From a virus: a stretch of DNA of 64,000 nucleotides. The stretch spans positions 1-64,000 of the IMG/VR virus record IMGVR_UViG_3300037961_002813; one strand, 5' to 3'. A program made the translations under genes and the position numbers. The notes below the pieces were generated by a model, which had not been told where the DNA came from, searched no databases, and was given only the letters and a program-made list of their open reading frames with translations. Position 1 is the first letter of the stretch; every line of letters begins with the position of its first letter. This document shows, piece after piece, positions 31,536 through 41,446 of this stretch.

Positions 31536-33935
31536 TCACCAATATTTCTTAGGTATCCGCCTCTCGGTTAATCTATTTAAATCCCAATCAAGGGTTTCAT
31601 AGACAAGTTTCAGTTTCTTAGTAATCCACTTCTCTACAGCAGTGTTCCAATCTATCTCATAACCATCAAGTTGTGACTCATCCTCATACGCTATCACATT
31701 ACATGGCGGTTGCCCTTCCGGTACACCTTCGATGAAAACCCACTTGATACCTTCACCTTTACCAAAGTCGGTATCAAGATACTGATTAGAATACCTTGCC
31801 GCTTTAGCAGGGTTAGGTACTACCTTATCATACTCATCTAAGCGTTTAGACAAACGCCCGTATGCACTCACATCCTCTATTGAAACTTCTCCGTTGTATA
31901 CTGATTTTACTATAGGTCTTACTTTATTCCATACATCATCTTCATCCTTACCTGTAGCAATCATAGTGAATGCTGTCTTTTGTACAGTTTTACAGATAGG
32001 TGTGGCGTTAGATGCTTTCACTTCAAAGCCTGTCACTTTCATTTGACCTGCATCTTCTTTAGGCCATACTTTAATTCCAAAGTTTCTATTCTTCGTAGCC
32101 GCAGTAACCCAATAGTCAAAGTATGCTTCTAATTCCACATCAAGATACTTTAGATTCATTTCGTTCTGCGCTACATCTGTAAGATACCCTGCAATCTCTT
32201 CTGCTTTATCGAATGGTACTTTGATGTATGCTGAATCAGTATGCCCCGCTAATGGTATGAATCCTTTTTCTGCACTCTTTTCAGTCAGCATAGTAATTGA
32301 TTCTCTACCTAAGTATGTGATACATTGGGCGATTGGGTAACTACTCCATTGACCCGCTACTACTTTACTTCCTGTCATACCATATATCGCATTGACCGCA
32401 ACCTTCACAGCCATTTGTAGCATGTTGTATCCTAGTTTAGTATCAGCATCATCAGCCTCACGCATGAGAGTTTTGTACTTCTTTCGCAGGTCTAACATAT
32501 CTTTGACTACAGAAGGTAACAATCCCATCTCATCTTGTTTCCAATGGAAAGTACCCCCTGTACCCGGTATAGCATTACCTGTTTTATCGTCATACTTTGG
32601 TGGTACTTTAATAGTTAAAATATTTTCACCCGGCGAATCAGTCAATGTTGTATAACAAAGATTGGCGGAGAGTATGATATTAGGATATAGAGATGCAAAG
32701 TCTACCAATGCTACTCCTTCGTGTCTGCCCGCTACAGGAGGCATGACCCATGCGGCCTGTAGTTCGGGTCTTTGTTCCTTGTAGGAGGATGGTGCTTTCA
32801 AGTCTGTACGCCTACCCATCAATCCTCTAAAGTATCGTGTCACCTTGTGAGTACTATCAAATGATACTCCGGCTAATTGTTGCATGGCTATGTGATATGA
32901 AATACAATTTAGTTTCTCATCACAGTCACGCAAGAGAGTGGTATCTACAAGACAATAATCTACAAAGTCATCATAGTATTCTTTCCAACCATTGTGTACT
33001 GTCATACCTTCTATCTCATTAGTTAGTTTCCCACCAAACCCTAGTTCAGTAGCAAACCAATCTAACTTTCGAGATTGAGCCTGTCCTCTACCGGACTTCT
33101 GCCATATACCCTCAAAACCACTACCGTCTGTCCACTGTGCCGCAGTATCGAATATGAGTCTACCCTTGATAGGTTGTGCTGTACTTCTGTATGCACCGGT
33201 CTTTTTGTTTGGTGCAATCAATCTATTGACAGGTGACAGTCTTTCTCTTAGCGCACCCAACTGATGATACAGATGTGGTAAGTCAGCCCAAGCAATAGCG
33301 TGTGCTACTAACATATCGGGATTACACTCATCAAGATAATCTAAGAAAGCCTCGTGCATCTTGTGTGCATTAGGATAAGTCCTAAGTTCATATCCATCAT
33401 ACCTATCTATCCATTCAGTCTTGGTAATGGTATCACGGATTGATTCTTCACTCCATGCGAATACAACAGGGTGTTCACTAAAGTTATCCGATACAGCCAT
33501 GACTGTAGTAGTTTGATTTTCAGTATCCCACTCAAGGTCAAAGTACCAAATGCGAGGTTTGAACTCCGGTATCTTATCGGGATAATTAGTAAGTAATATT
33601 TGGTCTTTGTAATTGACATCAGCCTCGTAAGTCCACTTAGGGCATTTGTCTTTTATCTCCCATAGTGTGTTTGGGTGTTGTACTGTTACCTTCACCAAAT
33701 CTTTACCATCAATACTTTTAGCCTTAATATTATGATGAATCTTAGCATGGTGACCTTTCAATCTATTCATCACCCAATTAGGTGCGTTTTCTGCTACCCA
33801 ACAATAAGGCACAACATAATCATCATCACCATCCATGATGTATCTTTCATGTAGTACACCGTCTGCACCTCTAGTTCTCTCGTAGATAACGGGAGGGTCA
33901 TAAGGGTCATCGGTGAACCAATCAATAATCATCAA
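31536..33935 (-). CDS. polB: family B DNA polymerase
   Basis: FDLEW, YCLVD exonuclease motifs; DFASLYPNII, KVAVNAIYG, GHTDS, KNRNFG polymerase motifs. Confidence 0.95.
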   Translation of the reverse strand: MMIIDWFTDDPYDPPVIYERTRGADGVLHERYIMDGDDDYVVPYCWVAENAPNWVMNRLKGHHAKIHHNIKAKSIDGKDLVKVTVQHPNTLWEIKDKCPKWTYEADVNYKDQILLTNYPDKIPEFKPRIWYFDLEWDTENQTTTVMAVSDNFSEHPVVFAWSEESIRDTITKTEWIDRYDGYELRTYPNAHKMHEAFLDYLDECNPDMLVAHAIAWADLPHLYHQLGALRERLSPVNRLIAPNKKTGAYRSTAQPIKGRLIFDTAAQWTDGSGFEGIWQKSGRGQAQSRKLDWFATELGFGGKLTNEIEGMTVHNGWKEYYDDFVDYCLVDTTLLRDCDEKLNCISYHIAMQQLAGVSFDSTHKVTRYFRGLMGRRTDLKAPSSYKEQRPELQAAWVMPPVAGRHEGVALVDFASLYPNIILSANLCYTTLTDSPGENILTIKVPPKYDDKTGNAIPGTGGTFHWKQDEMGLLPSVVKDMLDLRKKYKTLMREADDADTKLGYNMLQMAVKVAVNAIYGMTGSKVVAGQWSSYPIAQCITYLGRESITMLTEKSAEKGFIPLAGHTDSAYIKVPFDKAEEIAGYLTDVAQNEMNLKYLDVELEAYFDYWVTAATKNRNFGIKVWPKEDAGQMKVTGFEVKASNATPICKTVQKTAFTMIATGKDEDDVWNKVRPIVKSVYNGEVSIEDVSAYGRLSKRLDEYDKVVPNPAKAARYSNQYLDTDFGKGEGIKWVFIEGVPEGQPPCNVIAYEDESQLDGYEIDWNTAVEKWITKKLKLVYETLDWDLNRLTERRIPKKYW

Positions 33936-34681
33936 TCATCACTCTCATCTACAATCATAAGTAAAGTATTATCTTGCTCAAAGATTACACAGGTGCTTTT
34001 ACCCATGTGCATTCGAGCATCTTCGTCGTCAAGGAATTGTAGACACATAGGTAACTTCTCACTAAAGTAAGACTCTACCGTAGCCGCAGGGCCATCACTA
34101 TCCCATACAGGAAGCGTAGTGAATAAGCGACCACTCACAGCCTTACCTGCTACTATACCCATCTCATTCTCGCCACAGTGTATGCGTAGTTTGAATTGAG
34201 TATCCTTTGATACTAAACCCCGCATACCTGCAAGAGAAATCAAATCTTTAGTAGCAAGTGAAGCGTGTGTACTAAGAGAGGCATGACCAAAACTTGACCA
34301 TCCACCTTCCTGTGATTCCTTGATTAGTTTTCTAATCACCACAGTCTTTGATGCTGACTCTATTTCGTCTGTACTTGGTAGTTGTAGTTTGTTCCCACCA
34401 CCCTCAAGATACAATGGTTTAGTCTCTTGAGTTTGCCTCAATGTGATTTCATCTTGGTTACTTGACTTTAAGAATAAAAGTACTTTCTCTAAATCAGCGA
34501 TATGTAATACTCCTTCTTCATTGACATCGGTTACAAACTGCTTTCTCAAGTAATACCATGCGTATGCTACCTCTACAGTAAGACGACCACCGGCACAGTT
34601 GATTCTCAAGTCCGGTATTCCTTTACCAAATGATGTAAGGAAAGACATAAACTCTTTTCTTTTAACTGTTATTTTTGTCAT
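33932..34681 (-). CDS. probable divergent PCNA-like sliding clamp
   Basis: 249 aa (PCNA size), repeated beta-alpha-beta pattern, ATGA-coupled to PolB, RFC encoded nearby. Confidence 0.5.
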   Translation of the reverse strand: MTKITVKRKEFMSFLTSFGKGIPDLRINCAGGRLTVEVAYAWYYLRKQFVTDVNEEGVLHIADLEKVLLFLKSSNQDEITLRQTQETKPLYLEGGGNKLQLPSTDEIESASKTVVIRKLIKESQEGGWSSFGHASLSTHASLATKDLISLAGMRGLVSKDTQFKLRIHCGENEMGIVAGKAVSGRLFTTLPVWDSDGPAATVESYFSEKLPMCLQFLDDEDARMHMGKSTCVIFEQDNTLLMIVDESDD

Positions 34682-34952
34682 CCAACTCCCTCCAATAATA
34701 TGTGATAGGTGTAGTTTTATTTCTCATTTCGGGTAATGCTAAAGGATGTCTTTCTCTACGAGTTTCACTTGAGTAATTCTTACTTAGGTATTCGTGTAGT
34801 TCACCTTTCGTTGGTATGTATCTATTAGCACTGTGAGTTCTACTTTCATACAACTCATCGAGTATTTGGAAGGCATTACGAACTTCACCATCACTCATGA
34901 TAATGTCTATGTATTTCTTAGCAGTATCACTCATTGATTTTACATGTGCCAT
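34662..34952 (-). CDS. small winged-helix-like protein
   Basis: 96 aa; FQILDELY...PTKGELHEYLSKNY...YYW; resembles 47318..47569. Confidence 0.45.
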   Translation of the reverse strand: MAHVKSMSDTAKKYIDIIMSDGEVRNAFQILDELYESRTHSANRYIPTKGELHEYLSKNYSSETRRERHPLALPEMRNKTTPITYYWRELDDKNNS

Positions 34953-34964
34953 AGTATCACCTAC

Positions 34965-35049
34965 TTAGTGGGAAAGTGCGGGAAGGAAAACAAACGAAGG
35001 AACTCCCCTGTGATTTGAATGAAACACCTTTGCACTTATTACTCACTAA
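34965..35049 (-). other. intergenic multi-stem structure (candidate cis-regulatory RNA)
   Basis: TTAGTG/CACTAA (34965-70/35044-49) and AAGTGC/GCACTT (34974-79/35032-37) close two inner hairpins. Confidence 0.45.
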
Positions 35050-35068
35050 AACCCACCTCATAAGAGTA

Positions 35069-36025
35069 TCATAGAGTACCGTCGTAGAGGTCGGGTAGAC
35101 CGTACCACTTCGGTTCTTCTCCTGTAGTAGTTACCATAACTGTCTTAGTTTGATTAACAAGAGATGGATTAGTTTTACACTTAGTATATGTAGCAGTATA
35201 GGTAGTAGAAACTAGTTCATCCTCATCGTTATACTCATTAGTAGCATCCATACGAATTAATGTAGGCAAGTAGTTGTTAGTCTTTTTCTCCCACTCCGGT
35301 TGCCATACAACAGGCGCATCGTCTTTGTAAGAGAAGTTGGTTGAACGCATGTGGGTTTCCCAATAGACACGAACACCGAGTCTAACTAAATCACGACTTA
35401 ATTTTGTTAGTTGGTGAAATCGAGTGTTACGGATAGCCCAATCGGACTGTCGCTCTACACGCTTTGCTTCACCTGCACCACGATTGTCAGCCGCATCAAT
35501 ACCATCTTTAGCCAAACCTAAGTCAATGATACGCATGTTGTTAGTACATATCTCAAGCCACGAATCAAGTCCACTTACAAGAACACCCCATACTGCAACG
35601 CCTTTTTCTTTTTCGCTAATGATGTACTTCATGATGTCCATGACACGCTGATGTGTACCGGGGTAATCGTATGCTGTTCTATCTTTACTACCCATCTTCC
35701 ACGGATTCCATGATACAACATTTGGGTTGTCGTAGATAGCGGAGTTTAGCATACCCACACCATTATCAAAATCTACTGCATGTAAAAGTGAACCTTCTAC
35801 TTTAGTCTCATCTTTATTGAATGCGTCTAATACAATTGCTGATTTACCTGTACCATCGAAACCAAAGATACCTGCAAAACTATGAGTCTTAATTATATGA
35901 CTCATGGACTCTTGCTCGGCTCTCAATGCCGCATACGGGTCTTTGTTGGGCTTCTGTACCCCAACCTCATCTACGACCTTTTCAATCTCTTGCTGTAACT
36001 TTACTGTCTGTCCAAACCCTGCCAT
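35069..36025 (-). CDS. RecA-like P-loop ATPase, Sak4/AAA_24-type recombinase
   Basis: IFGFDGTGKS Walker A, AVDFDNG, LVSGLDS Walker B-like, VYWETH; adjacent to SSB-like gene. Confidence 0.65.
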   Translation of the reverse strand: MAGFGQTVKLQQEIEKVVDEVGVQKPNKDPYAALRAEQESMSHIIKTHSFAGIFGFDGTGKSAIVLDAFNKDETKVEGSLLHAVDFDNGVGMLNSAIYDNPNVVSWNPWKMGSKDRTAYDYPGTHQRVMDIMKYIISEKEKGVAVWGVLVSGLDSWLEICTNNMRIIDLGLAKDGIDAADNRGAGEAKRVERQSDWAIRNTRFHQLTKLSRDLVRLGVRVYWETHMRSTNFSYKDDAPVVWQPEWEKKTNNYLPTLIRMDATNEYNDEDELVSTTYTATYTKCKTNPSLVNQTKTVMVTTTGEEPKWYGLPDLYDGTL

Positions 36026-36034
36026 CTAATCACC

Positions 36035-37342
36035 TCACTCAAACTGACCTACGCCTGTATTCCCACCGCTTGCTCTCCTTCGGCATCTGCGTGGGTGTCC
36101 ATAGATACCCATGACTGTAATCTTAGGACTCATCAAACCATCACGGTCTTTCATACCTAGACGACCAAAGACAAACACTGTAGAGTTTTCAGCATAGTCA
36201 AATGCTTGCTCTCCCCAATGTGCTTGGAATGGATTAGTCATGATACCGACAGCACCGGGTATCCAACAGTCTACATCACCGTTCATGCTACTTAGTGACA
36301 TGAAGTAATTGAAGCCCTCCGGGTCATACTCGCTGTCTCTTGGCTCGGTATTCATGCTGTTGATTGTACCCTTAGTAATAATAAGTGGCCCGTATGTGAC
36401 ACTTCTACCACCGATGTTAGTTTTCTCTTTCTTACTCTCAAAGACATCTTCGATGTCATCAATTCTAACATACATGTCGTGGAACTCTTCGTTAGTCCAA
36501 TAACTTACAGGTTGAAGTAATGGTCTTACTTCTTCCGGTACGAAGTCATCCGAATAATTAATTTCAAAGTTAGAGTATGTACCCAAGACAGTCTTGAAGA
36601 AATCATTAGCATCTTCTCTTGGTGGTATAACGGGTATCTTACATGGTCGGCCTATGTCTAAGTTCATAGTATTGTTATCGTCAGTTAAGTCTACCTTCCA
36701 CACTGCTATGTTACTATTCTTAACGAAGTCACCTTCTTCGCCACCCAAGAAGTAAGCGTATCTACCCATCCTTGTTGGTGGTGATGGCATACCTTTGCGG
36801 GTGAGTAAACAGATGTACTCGTCACCGACCTTGATACCATGTAGCGGTTCACTGTCTGCTGATTCATCAAGTGGTTGTAGTCCGTCTTTGTTACGCACTG
36901 ACCACAAACCACCGTCTTTCTCATAGACACCTACTCTACCTGTACCAATTGCTTCGGCACGATTCTCTTTGAACAGTTTTACATTAGCATTTACAATATT
37001 TGTAAGTCTATCTTTTGTTCTATCAGCCACGCCTATGAAACAACCTACCCATGTAGATGTTCCCGATGTGCTTGCTGTTTGCTTTCTTGTTTGTACGAAG
37101 GCTTGTTCCGCCCAATCAATTAGAATATCCACATCTTCTTGTGTGTAGTCCTCAACACCGTATTCTTTCTTTATGTAATCCAAATACATCTGTTTGACTT
37201 CTTCGATGTTCTTTCCTGTTCTTTCAGCGTATGCTACCATTCTTTGAGCAACAGGCACAGGGAAACCATCGCTTGATTTCTTCTCCCCAAAACCTGTATT
37301 ACTTTCTTCGTCTATGTATTCATCTTCTTCTTTCCAACTCAT
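36035..37342 (-). CDS. putative RPA-like OB-fold ssDNA-binding protein
   Basis: 435 aa between RFC and recombinase; C-terminal GTINSM...VDCWI...STVFVFGRL...ITVMGIY OB-fold pattern. Confidence 0.55.
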   Translation of the reverse strand: MSWKEEDEYIDEESNTGFGEKKSSDGFPVPVAQRMVAYAERTGKNIEEVKQMYLDYIKKEYGVEDYTQEDVDILIDWAEQAFVQTRKQTASTSGTSTWVGCFIGVADRTKDRLTNIVNANVKLFKENRAEAIGTGRVGVYEKDGGLWSVRNKDGLQPLDESADSEPLHGIKVGDEYICLLTRKGMPSPPTRMGRYAYFLGGEEGDFVKNSNIAVWKVDLTDDNNTMNLDIGRPCKIPVIPPREDANDFFKTVLGTYSNFEINYSDDFVPEEVRPLLQPVSYWTNEEFHDMYVRIDDIEDVFESKKEKTNIGGRSVTYGPLIITKGTINSMNTEPRDSEYDPEGFNYFMSLSSMNGDVDCWIPGAVGIMTNPFQAHWGEQAFDYAENSTVFVFGRLGMKDRDGLMSPKITVMGIYGHPRRCRRRASGGNTGVGQFE

Positions 37343-38277
37343 TTCATTTCACCTATTTGTTTCTTTAGTCTTGCCACCAACACATCCACGAAAGCGTTAT
37401 CACTTCCCGGCCATTCATGTACTTTCTCCATCATGTCGCCCCAAACGGACATGATAGCGAATACAGTATCCGGGTCTTTGTCAAAGTACCCTCTAATGTA
37501 TTGGTGAAATTTATTCATAAAATATACACGGCTACCTGCGGTTTCCATGTTTTCATTAAGTTTCTCTCTAAGAGAATTATAATCATCATGTAACTTGAAG
37601 TCATCCCACCACGCCTCGGTGGTTTTGATAAAAGATAACTCTTGATTTTTTGGTCTACTTTCAAGGAAGTTCACAGCCGCCCTCAAGTCACCATTGAAAT
37701 GTTCTACTACATCTTCATAGGCTTGTTCCCATTCAACGGGTGCGCCACATGATTCTGTCGCTCTTAGCAAATGTCTAGCACCTTCTTTTGGAGTGACAGG
37801 AGTGAACTGATATATCTTACATCTGCTTTGTATGGCAGGTTTGATTTTTTCGGGATAGTTTGCTGTCAAGATAAACAAGACCCTGTGAGCATATTTCTCC
37901 ATGATACCCCTTAGTGCATCTTGGGATTGGGGAGTAAGCCCATCAGCCTCATCAAGTACTACTACCTTTCGTGCCGCATTGATACCACTAAGCCGACAGA
38001 ATTGTTTAATCTCCTGTCGGACATGCCCAATACCCCTATCGTCGCTTGCGTTAGTCCATAGAACATTCATATCATTATTCCATTGTCCTAACATTGTGTG
38101 TGTTATCGCATTTGCCGCACTAGACTTACCTGTACCCGGAGGACCGAGTATAAGTATGGCTGATGGGTACTCACCCGTTTTTTCCCATTCAAGGAAATCT
38201 TCGACAAAGACATTGTTACCTACTATCTCTACCGGTTTAGTAGGTCGTAGTAATTCGTTCCAATTCATCTTCATCAA
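37339..38277 (-). CDS. rfcS: replication factor C small subunit (clamp loader)
   Basis: W.E..RP, GPPGTGKS, NASDDRG, VVVLDEADGL, SQDALR, IQSRC, GDLRAAVN. Confidence 0.95.
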   Translation of the reverse strand: MMKMNWNELLRPTKPVEIVGNNVFVEDFLEWEKTGEYPSAILILGPPGTGKSSAANAITHTMLGQWNNDMNVLWTNASDDRGIGHVRQEIKQFCRLSGINAARKVVVLDEADGLTPQSQDALRGIMEKYAHRVLFILTANYPEKIKPAIQSRCKIYQFTPVTPKEGARHLLRATESCGAPVEWEQAYEDVVEHFNGDLRAAVNFLESRPKNQELSFIKTTEAWWDDFKLHDDYNSLREKLNENMETAGSRVYFMNKFHQYIRGYFDKDPDTVFAIMSVWGDMMEKVHEWPGSDNAFVDVLVARLKKQIGEMK

Positions 38278-38281
38278 CCTT

Positions 38282-38309
38282 CATTTCTTAGTTGGTTTAT
38301 ATATCATTT
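38282..38309 (-). promoter_or_regulatory. conserved TATA promoter motif copy 2
   Basis: Minus strand AAATGATATATAAACCAACTAAGAAATG immediately upstream of RFC. Confidence 0.8.
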
Positions 38310-38686
38310 TCAATATCATCCCATTTTTCGACCCAATCATAGAATACATTTGTGGGTGTGGATGGGTTTGCTCTAGGTATGGGATTATCAATTACCCATA
38401 ACATACGGTTGTAACCCTTCTTATCGTGTAACAATTCAGCGTATGGTTCTATCACACTCAACCACTTGAGTATGTCTGCATTACTTTTGGTACGATATTT
38501 AAGTGTTAAATTATTTTCATCGCACCACAGTTTTACAACTGCCTTCATGTTGTTATCTTGAATATCTATCTGTATGTACTTATCAACTCTAAAACCAAAC
38601 CCAAAGTGTACCTTTGATACTGATACTGAAAAGCGTAACTTAGAAAGTAAAATACCTAATCCTATGTTCTTTAGTGTATCACTCAT
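38297..38686 (-). CDS. hypothetical protein, possible degenerate LAGLIDADG fold
   Basis: 129 aa; FSVSVSK...GFRV..YIQIDIQD beta pattern without the LAGLIDADG acidic residue. Confidence 0.35.
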   Translation of the reverse strand: MSDTLKNIGLGILLSKLRFSVSVSKVHFGFGFRVDKYIQIDIQDNNMKAVVKLWCDENNLTLKYRTKSNADILKWLSVIEPYAELLHDKKGYNRMLWVIDNPIPRANPSTPTNVFYDWVEKWDDIENDI

Positions 38687-39893
38687 TGTCTACACCTACC
38701 ATAGATATGTAAGTAGTGTACTCATCAATCTCATTGATGGATGCGTCATCTAGCGTAGTAATGTAACGCCACCCCCACCCATCTTCTGCTCGCCATGAGT
38801 ATGCAACTTCGATAACCACAAACGGTATGTCATGGCTAGTGTGTGAATTTTGTACAGGAATACTATTTCTTTTCAACGCACTCTCTAACTCAAACGGTAG
38901 GTTTTCTACCGTCATCTTATCTACATCAATAATATCTACCCCATCTTTAACACCTAAAATAAATTCGTACCCTGCGTTTTTAATCTGTCTAACGGACAAG
39001 GCTTGAACAATCAAAGCGTTAGTACCTTTAGTGTACAAGTGATAATGATTATCATTAAGGATTAAGAAACCACCCTTTGGGTAATTGTAAAGAATCTTGT
39101 TAGCCTCATGCCATGAAATATCCATAGGCTCTTTGTATTTTGAAAACGGTATCTCTTGTTCTGTAGAGTGTAGTCTTGTTGTACCTAACACATCCACCCA
39201 ACACCAACAAGTATCAACTCCCTGCACTTGTGGTGTGTACTCTCGATTTATCTCACCGTTTCTATTTCTAGCAACACCGTTCTCTAAGAACATCAGCGTA
39301 CCGCAATCATTGACAAACCAATACTTGTCGGGTATGTCTATACCGTTCCATGCTTGTAACCGTTTGAAATCTGTAGCAGGTCGCTCTACTTCTTGCTTTT
39401 CTCTCAATCCGAATATAACATCTAACATCTCAAATGTACTAATTAGGTCATCATTAATTTTAGAATTAATTTTAGCCCACTTTCTCATTCGGTATCTAAG
39501 TGAACGCCAACGCTCATTCAAAGTCCACCGCCAAACAAACTCGGCTTCTGTAATATCCATCGAGTGACAGAATGGTATTATCCACTCTTCATCACTTGTC
39601 ACCGATTGAATTATACTCTTAATTTCTTTTAGTTTTAATTTACTTGTTTTGCTGTCCGACGATTCCATTATCAGCACTTCTGCTAGAGAAGCACCATTGG
39701 CTACTGCATCTAACTGTTCTACGAATACACCGCACTCTTTTGCTAAATTTATTTTCAGTCTTGTTTTTGTTATCGGTAGTTTTCTTTCTTCATCCAAGAA
39801 CTCCCATAGTTCGTATGCCTCTTCCTTAGTGATGTCTTTAACATCTAACTTAGGCATCTTTGAAACTAATACTATCGCTCTACCAAGTAACAC
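38679..39893 (-). CDS. divergent ATP-dependent DNA ligase-like protein lacking KxDG
   Basis: Ligase-like order of segments: EAEFVWRW (DBD), KGGFLIL...Y.KG (motif IV-like), LIVQAL...FILGVKDG and VVIEVAY (OB fold); no KxDG found. Confidence 0.5.
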   Translation of the reverse strand: MLLGRAIVLVSKMPKLDVKDITKEEAYELWEFLDEERKLPITKTRLKINLAKECGVFVEQLDAVANGASLAEVLIMESSDSKTSKLKLKEIKSIIQSVTSDEEWIIPFCHSMDITEAEFVWRWTLNERWRSLRYRMRKWAKINSKINDDLISTFEMLDVIFGLREKQEVERPATDFKRLQAWNGIDIPDKYWFVNDCGTLMFLENGVARNRNGEINREYTPQVQGVDTCWCWVDVLGTTRLHSTEQEIPFSKYKEPMDISWHEANKILYNYPKGGFLILNDNHYHLYTKGTNALIVQALSVRQIKNAGYEFILGVKDGVDIIDVDKMTVENLPFELESALKRNSIPVQNSHTSHDIPFVVIEVAYSWRAEDGWGWRYITTLDDASINEIDEYTTYISMVGVDNE

Positions 39894-40234
39894 TAATCCA
39901 CCCCGACTCCAACATAAAGAACATCGGGTGTACCTATCAAGGCTTCACTCTCAATCCACCCTTTACCAAGTTCGTCATTACCGTACTTAGCACCACCGTT
40001 ATCTACAGATATTAAATTAAATTTGAAAGTATTAGGTTTTTGCCTTTCGGACAAAATCAACTTACATCCTGTACGATGGGCTTTGCGATAAAGCACCGCA
40101 CCTAACTTCTCAAGTAATTTAGCAACTACTCTATCGAAGCCGTAGTATAGCGGCTCTCCCTTTAACGCCCCATCATTGAATATCCATACTCTATTAGGAT
40201 GATACCAATTAAGGTGATATATCTTTGTCGTCAT
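39893..40234 (-). CDS. DUF6717-like hypothetical protein
   Basis: WIFND..LKGEPL..GFD...LILS...GGAKY...GWI.S.AL...PDVLYV pattern. Confidence 0.5.
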   Translation of the reverse strand: MTTKIYHLNWYHPNRVWIFNDGALKGEPLYYGFDRVVAKLLEKLGAVLYRKAHRTGCKLILSERQKPNTFKFNLISVDNGGAKYGNDELGKGWIESEALIGTPDVLYVGVGVD

Positions 40235-40505
40235 GCCTCTCTTCTTCTTCTATCTTATCGTCTATGTCTTGTAGCAGTTCGTTAAGAATAGGAAGCATGG
40301 CTCTCACTTGTTCGGGTGTAAGTCTTATTCCTTCTTTCGTATGGGTGTACCCATCCTCTTCACGCCTAAGTATTCGCAGGTCTATCCAATAACGACCCGC
40401 CCACTTTACCCAAGCAAGTCGAACCTTCCCTTTACCGGAAGCCCACTTTTTTACTTTAGAATCATCTTCCCAATAATTTCTTTCAAAACTACTCATCTTC
40501 TTCAC
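40209..40505 (-). CDS. PC4-family ssDNA-binding/transcriptional coactivator
   Basis: WAGRYWIDLR...HTKEGIRLTPEQV PC4 signature. Confidence 0.8.
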   Translation of the reverse strand: MKKMSSFERNYWEDDSKVKKWASGKGKVRLAWVKWAGRYWIDLRILRREEDGYTHTKEGIRLTPEQVRAMLPILNELLQDIDDKIEEEERHDDKDISP

Positions 40506-41202
40506 TCTTAGTTAAGTTTCTCTTGATAGCATATATGCCCCACATCCACGGCGGCACTTTCTTATCTTCGTAGACACTTCCAAGAACTTCTCCATTCAAC
40601 ACACCTGCGTCTTGCATCTCTTTCATCTGCCCTCTTGTAAGAGCCATGAATTGGTGACTATCATCAACACGCCAACGCATGTAATACTCATCACCTGCTA
40701 GCAAGTGGTAATCATCGGGATTCATTTTTATTTCTTCCCCGCATTGAGTACAACTAATATTACAACTCCAAATTTCTATTTCAGTGCTGTCGCCCCCGGT
40801 AAGTTCTGCGTCTATTGTTTCTACGAATACATCAGTTCTTTCATCTAACTCACAGTTAGCAAGAGGGTACTCGCAAGAAGGACATAACCATCCTCTCGCT
40901 TGCTCTTGCTTCATCTCAAACTCTTGTTGCATTCTTTCCATAGGGTCGAGTGGTGGAGTAATCTTTTGAACTCCATCCCCTTCTTGAACCTCATACCCAC
41001 AGGCTGACATCAGTTCTCTATATCTTTCATGGTGGACTTCACATTCGGGATGGTTGTACATAAACATAAGTGCAAAAGTTTTCTCACCCATCTTTCTATA
41101 TTGTACTCCGCTACCCTCCGGTGACCATACACCATCAACGGGTATAGCCGCCAAATGTTCATTTCCCCAAGTTATCATTTCAGTTGTTGGTTGCCAATTC
41201 AT
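40489..41202 (-). CDS. zinc-finger hypothetical protein
   Basis: CPSC and CTQC pairs; likely start MNWQP with GAGG SD. Confidence 0.65.
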   Translation of the reverse strand: MNWQPTTEMITWGNEHLAAIPVDGVWSPEGSGVQYRKMGEKTFALMFMYNHPECEVHHERYRELMSACGYEVQEGDGVQKITPPLDPMERMQQEFEMKQEQARGWLCPSCEYPLANCELDERTDVFVETIDAELTGGDSTEIEIWSCNISCTQCGEEIKMNPDDYHLLAGDEYYMRWRVDDSHQFMALTRGQMKEMQDAGVLNGEVLGSVYEDKKVPPWMWGIYAIKRNLTKSEEDE

Positions 41203-41446
41203 TGTCCTCACCTTTGACCTCACACAGTCCGAACATGCCACAGCACACCCCTTTGTAAAGATACTGCCCGTTACTTAACAAATACATTTTATTTTTATTG
41301 TTATTTTTTCCACATGTCGGACAGTTGATTCCATAATCCCAAATGGATATTTCCATTACTACGGTATGGAACTCACCGTCTAACTTTATCTCATAGTTTC
41401 TCATATCGTCATCTACATCTGTGGTTACTATTTCCTCTTCCATCAT
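41180..41446 (-). CDS. small zinc-finger protein
   Basis: CPTC...CC; coupled to neighbours. Confidence 0.6.
   Translation of the reverse strand: MMEEEIVTTDVDDDMRNYEIKLDGEFHTVVMEISIWDYGINCPTCGKNNNKNKMYLLSNGQYLYKGVCCGMFGLCEVKGEDNELATNN

Noticed and set aside
35005-35030. Hammerhead ribozyme (CTGTGA...GAAAC on + strand)
   Set aside because: Core lacks CUGANGA and the required flanking stems.
31536-38277. Inteins in PolB or RFC
   Set aside because: Protein lengths are normal and no C...HN-[CST] splice junctions are seen.
38297-38686. Active homing endonuclease or intron
   Set aside because: Only a faint LAGLIDADG-like beta pattern, no catalytic acidic motif, and flanking genes are not interrupted.
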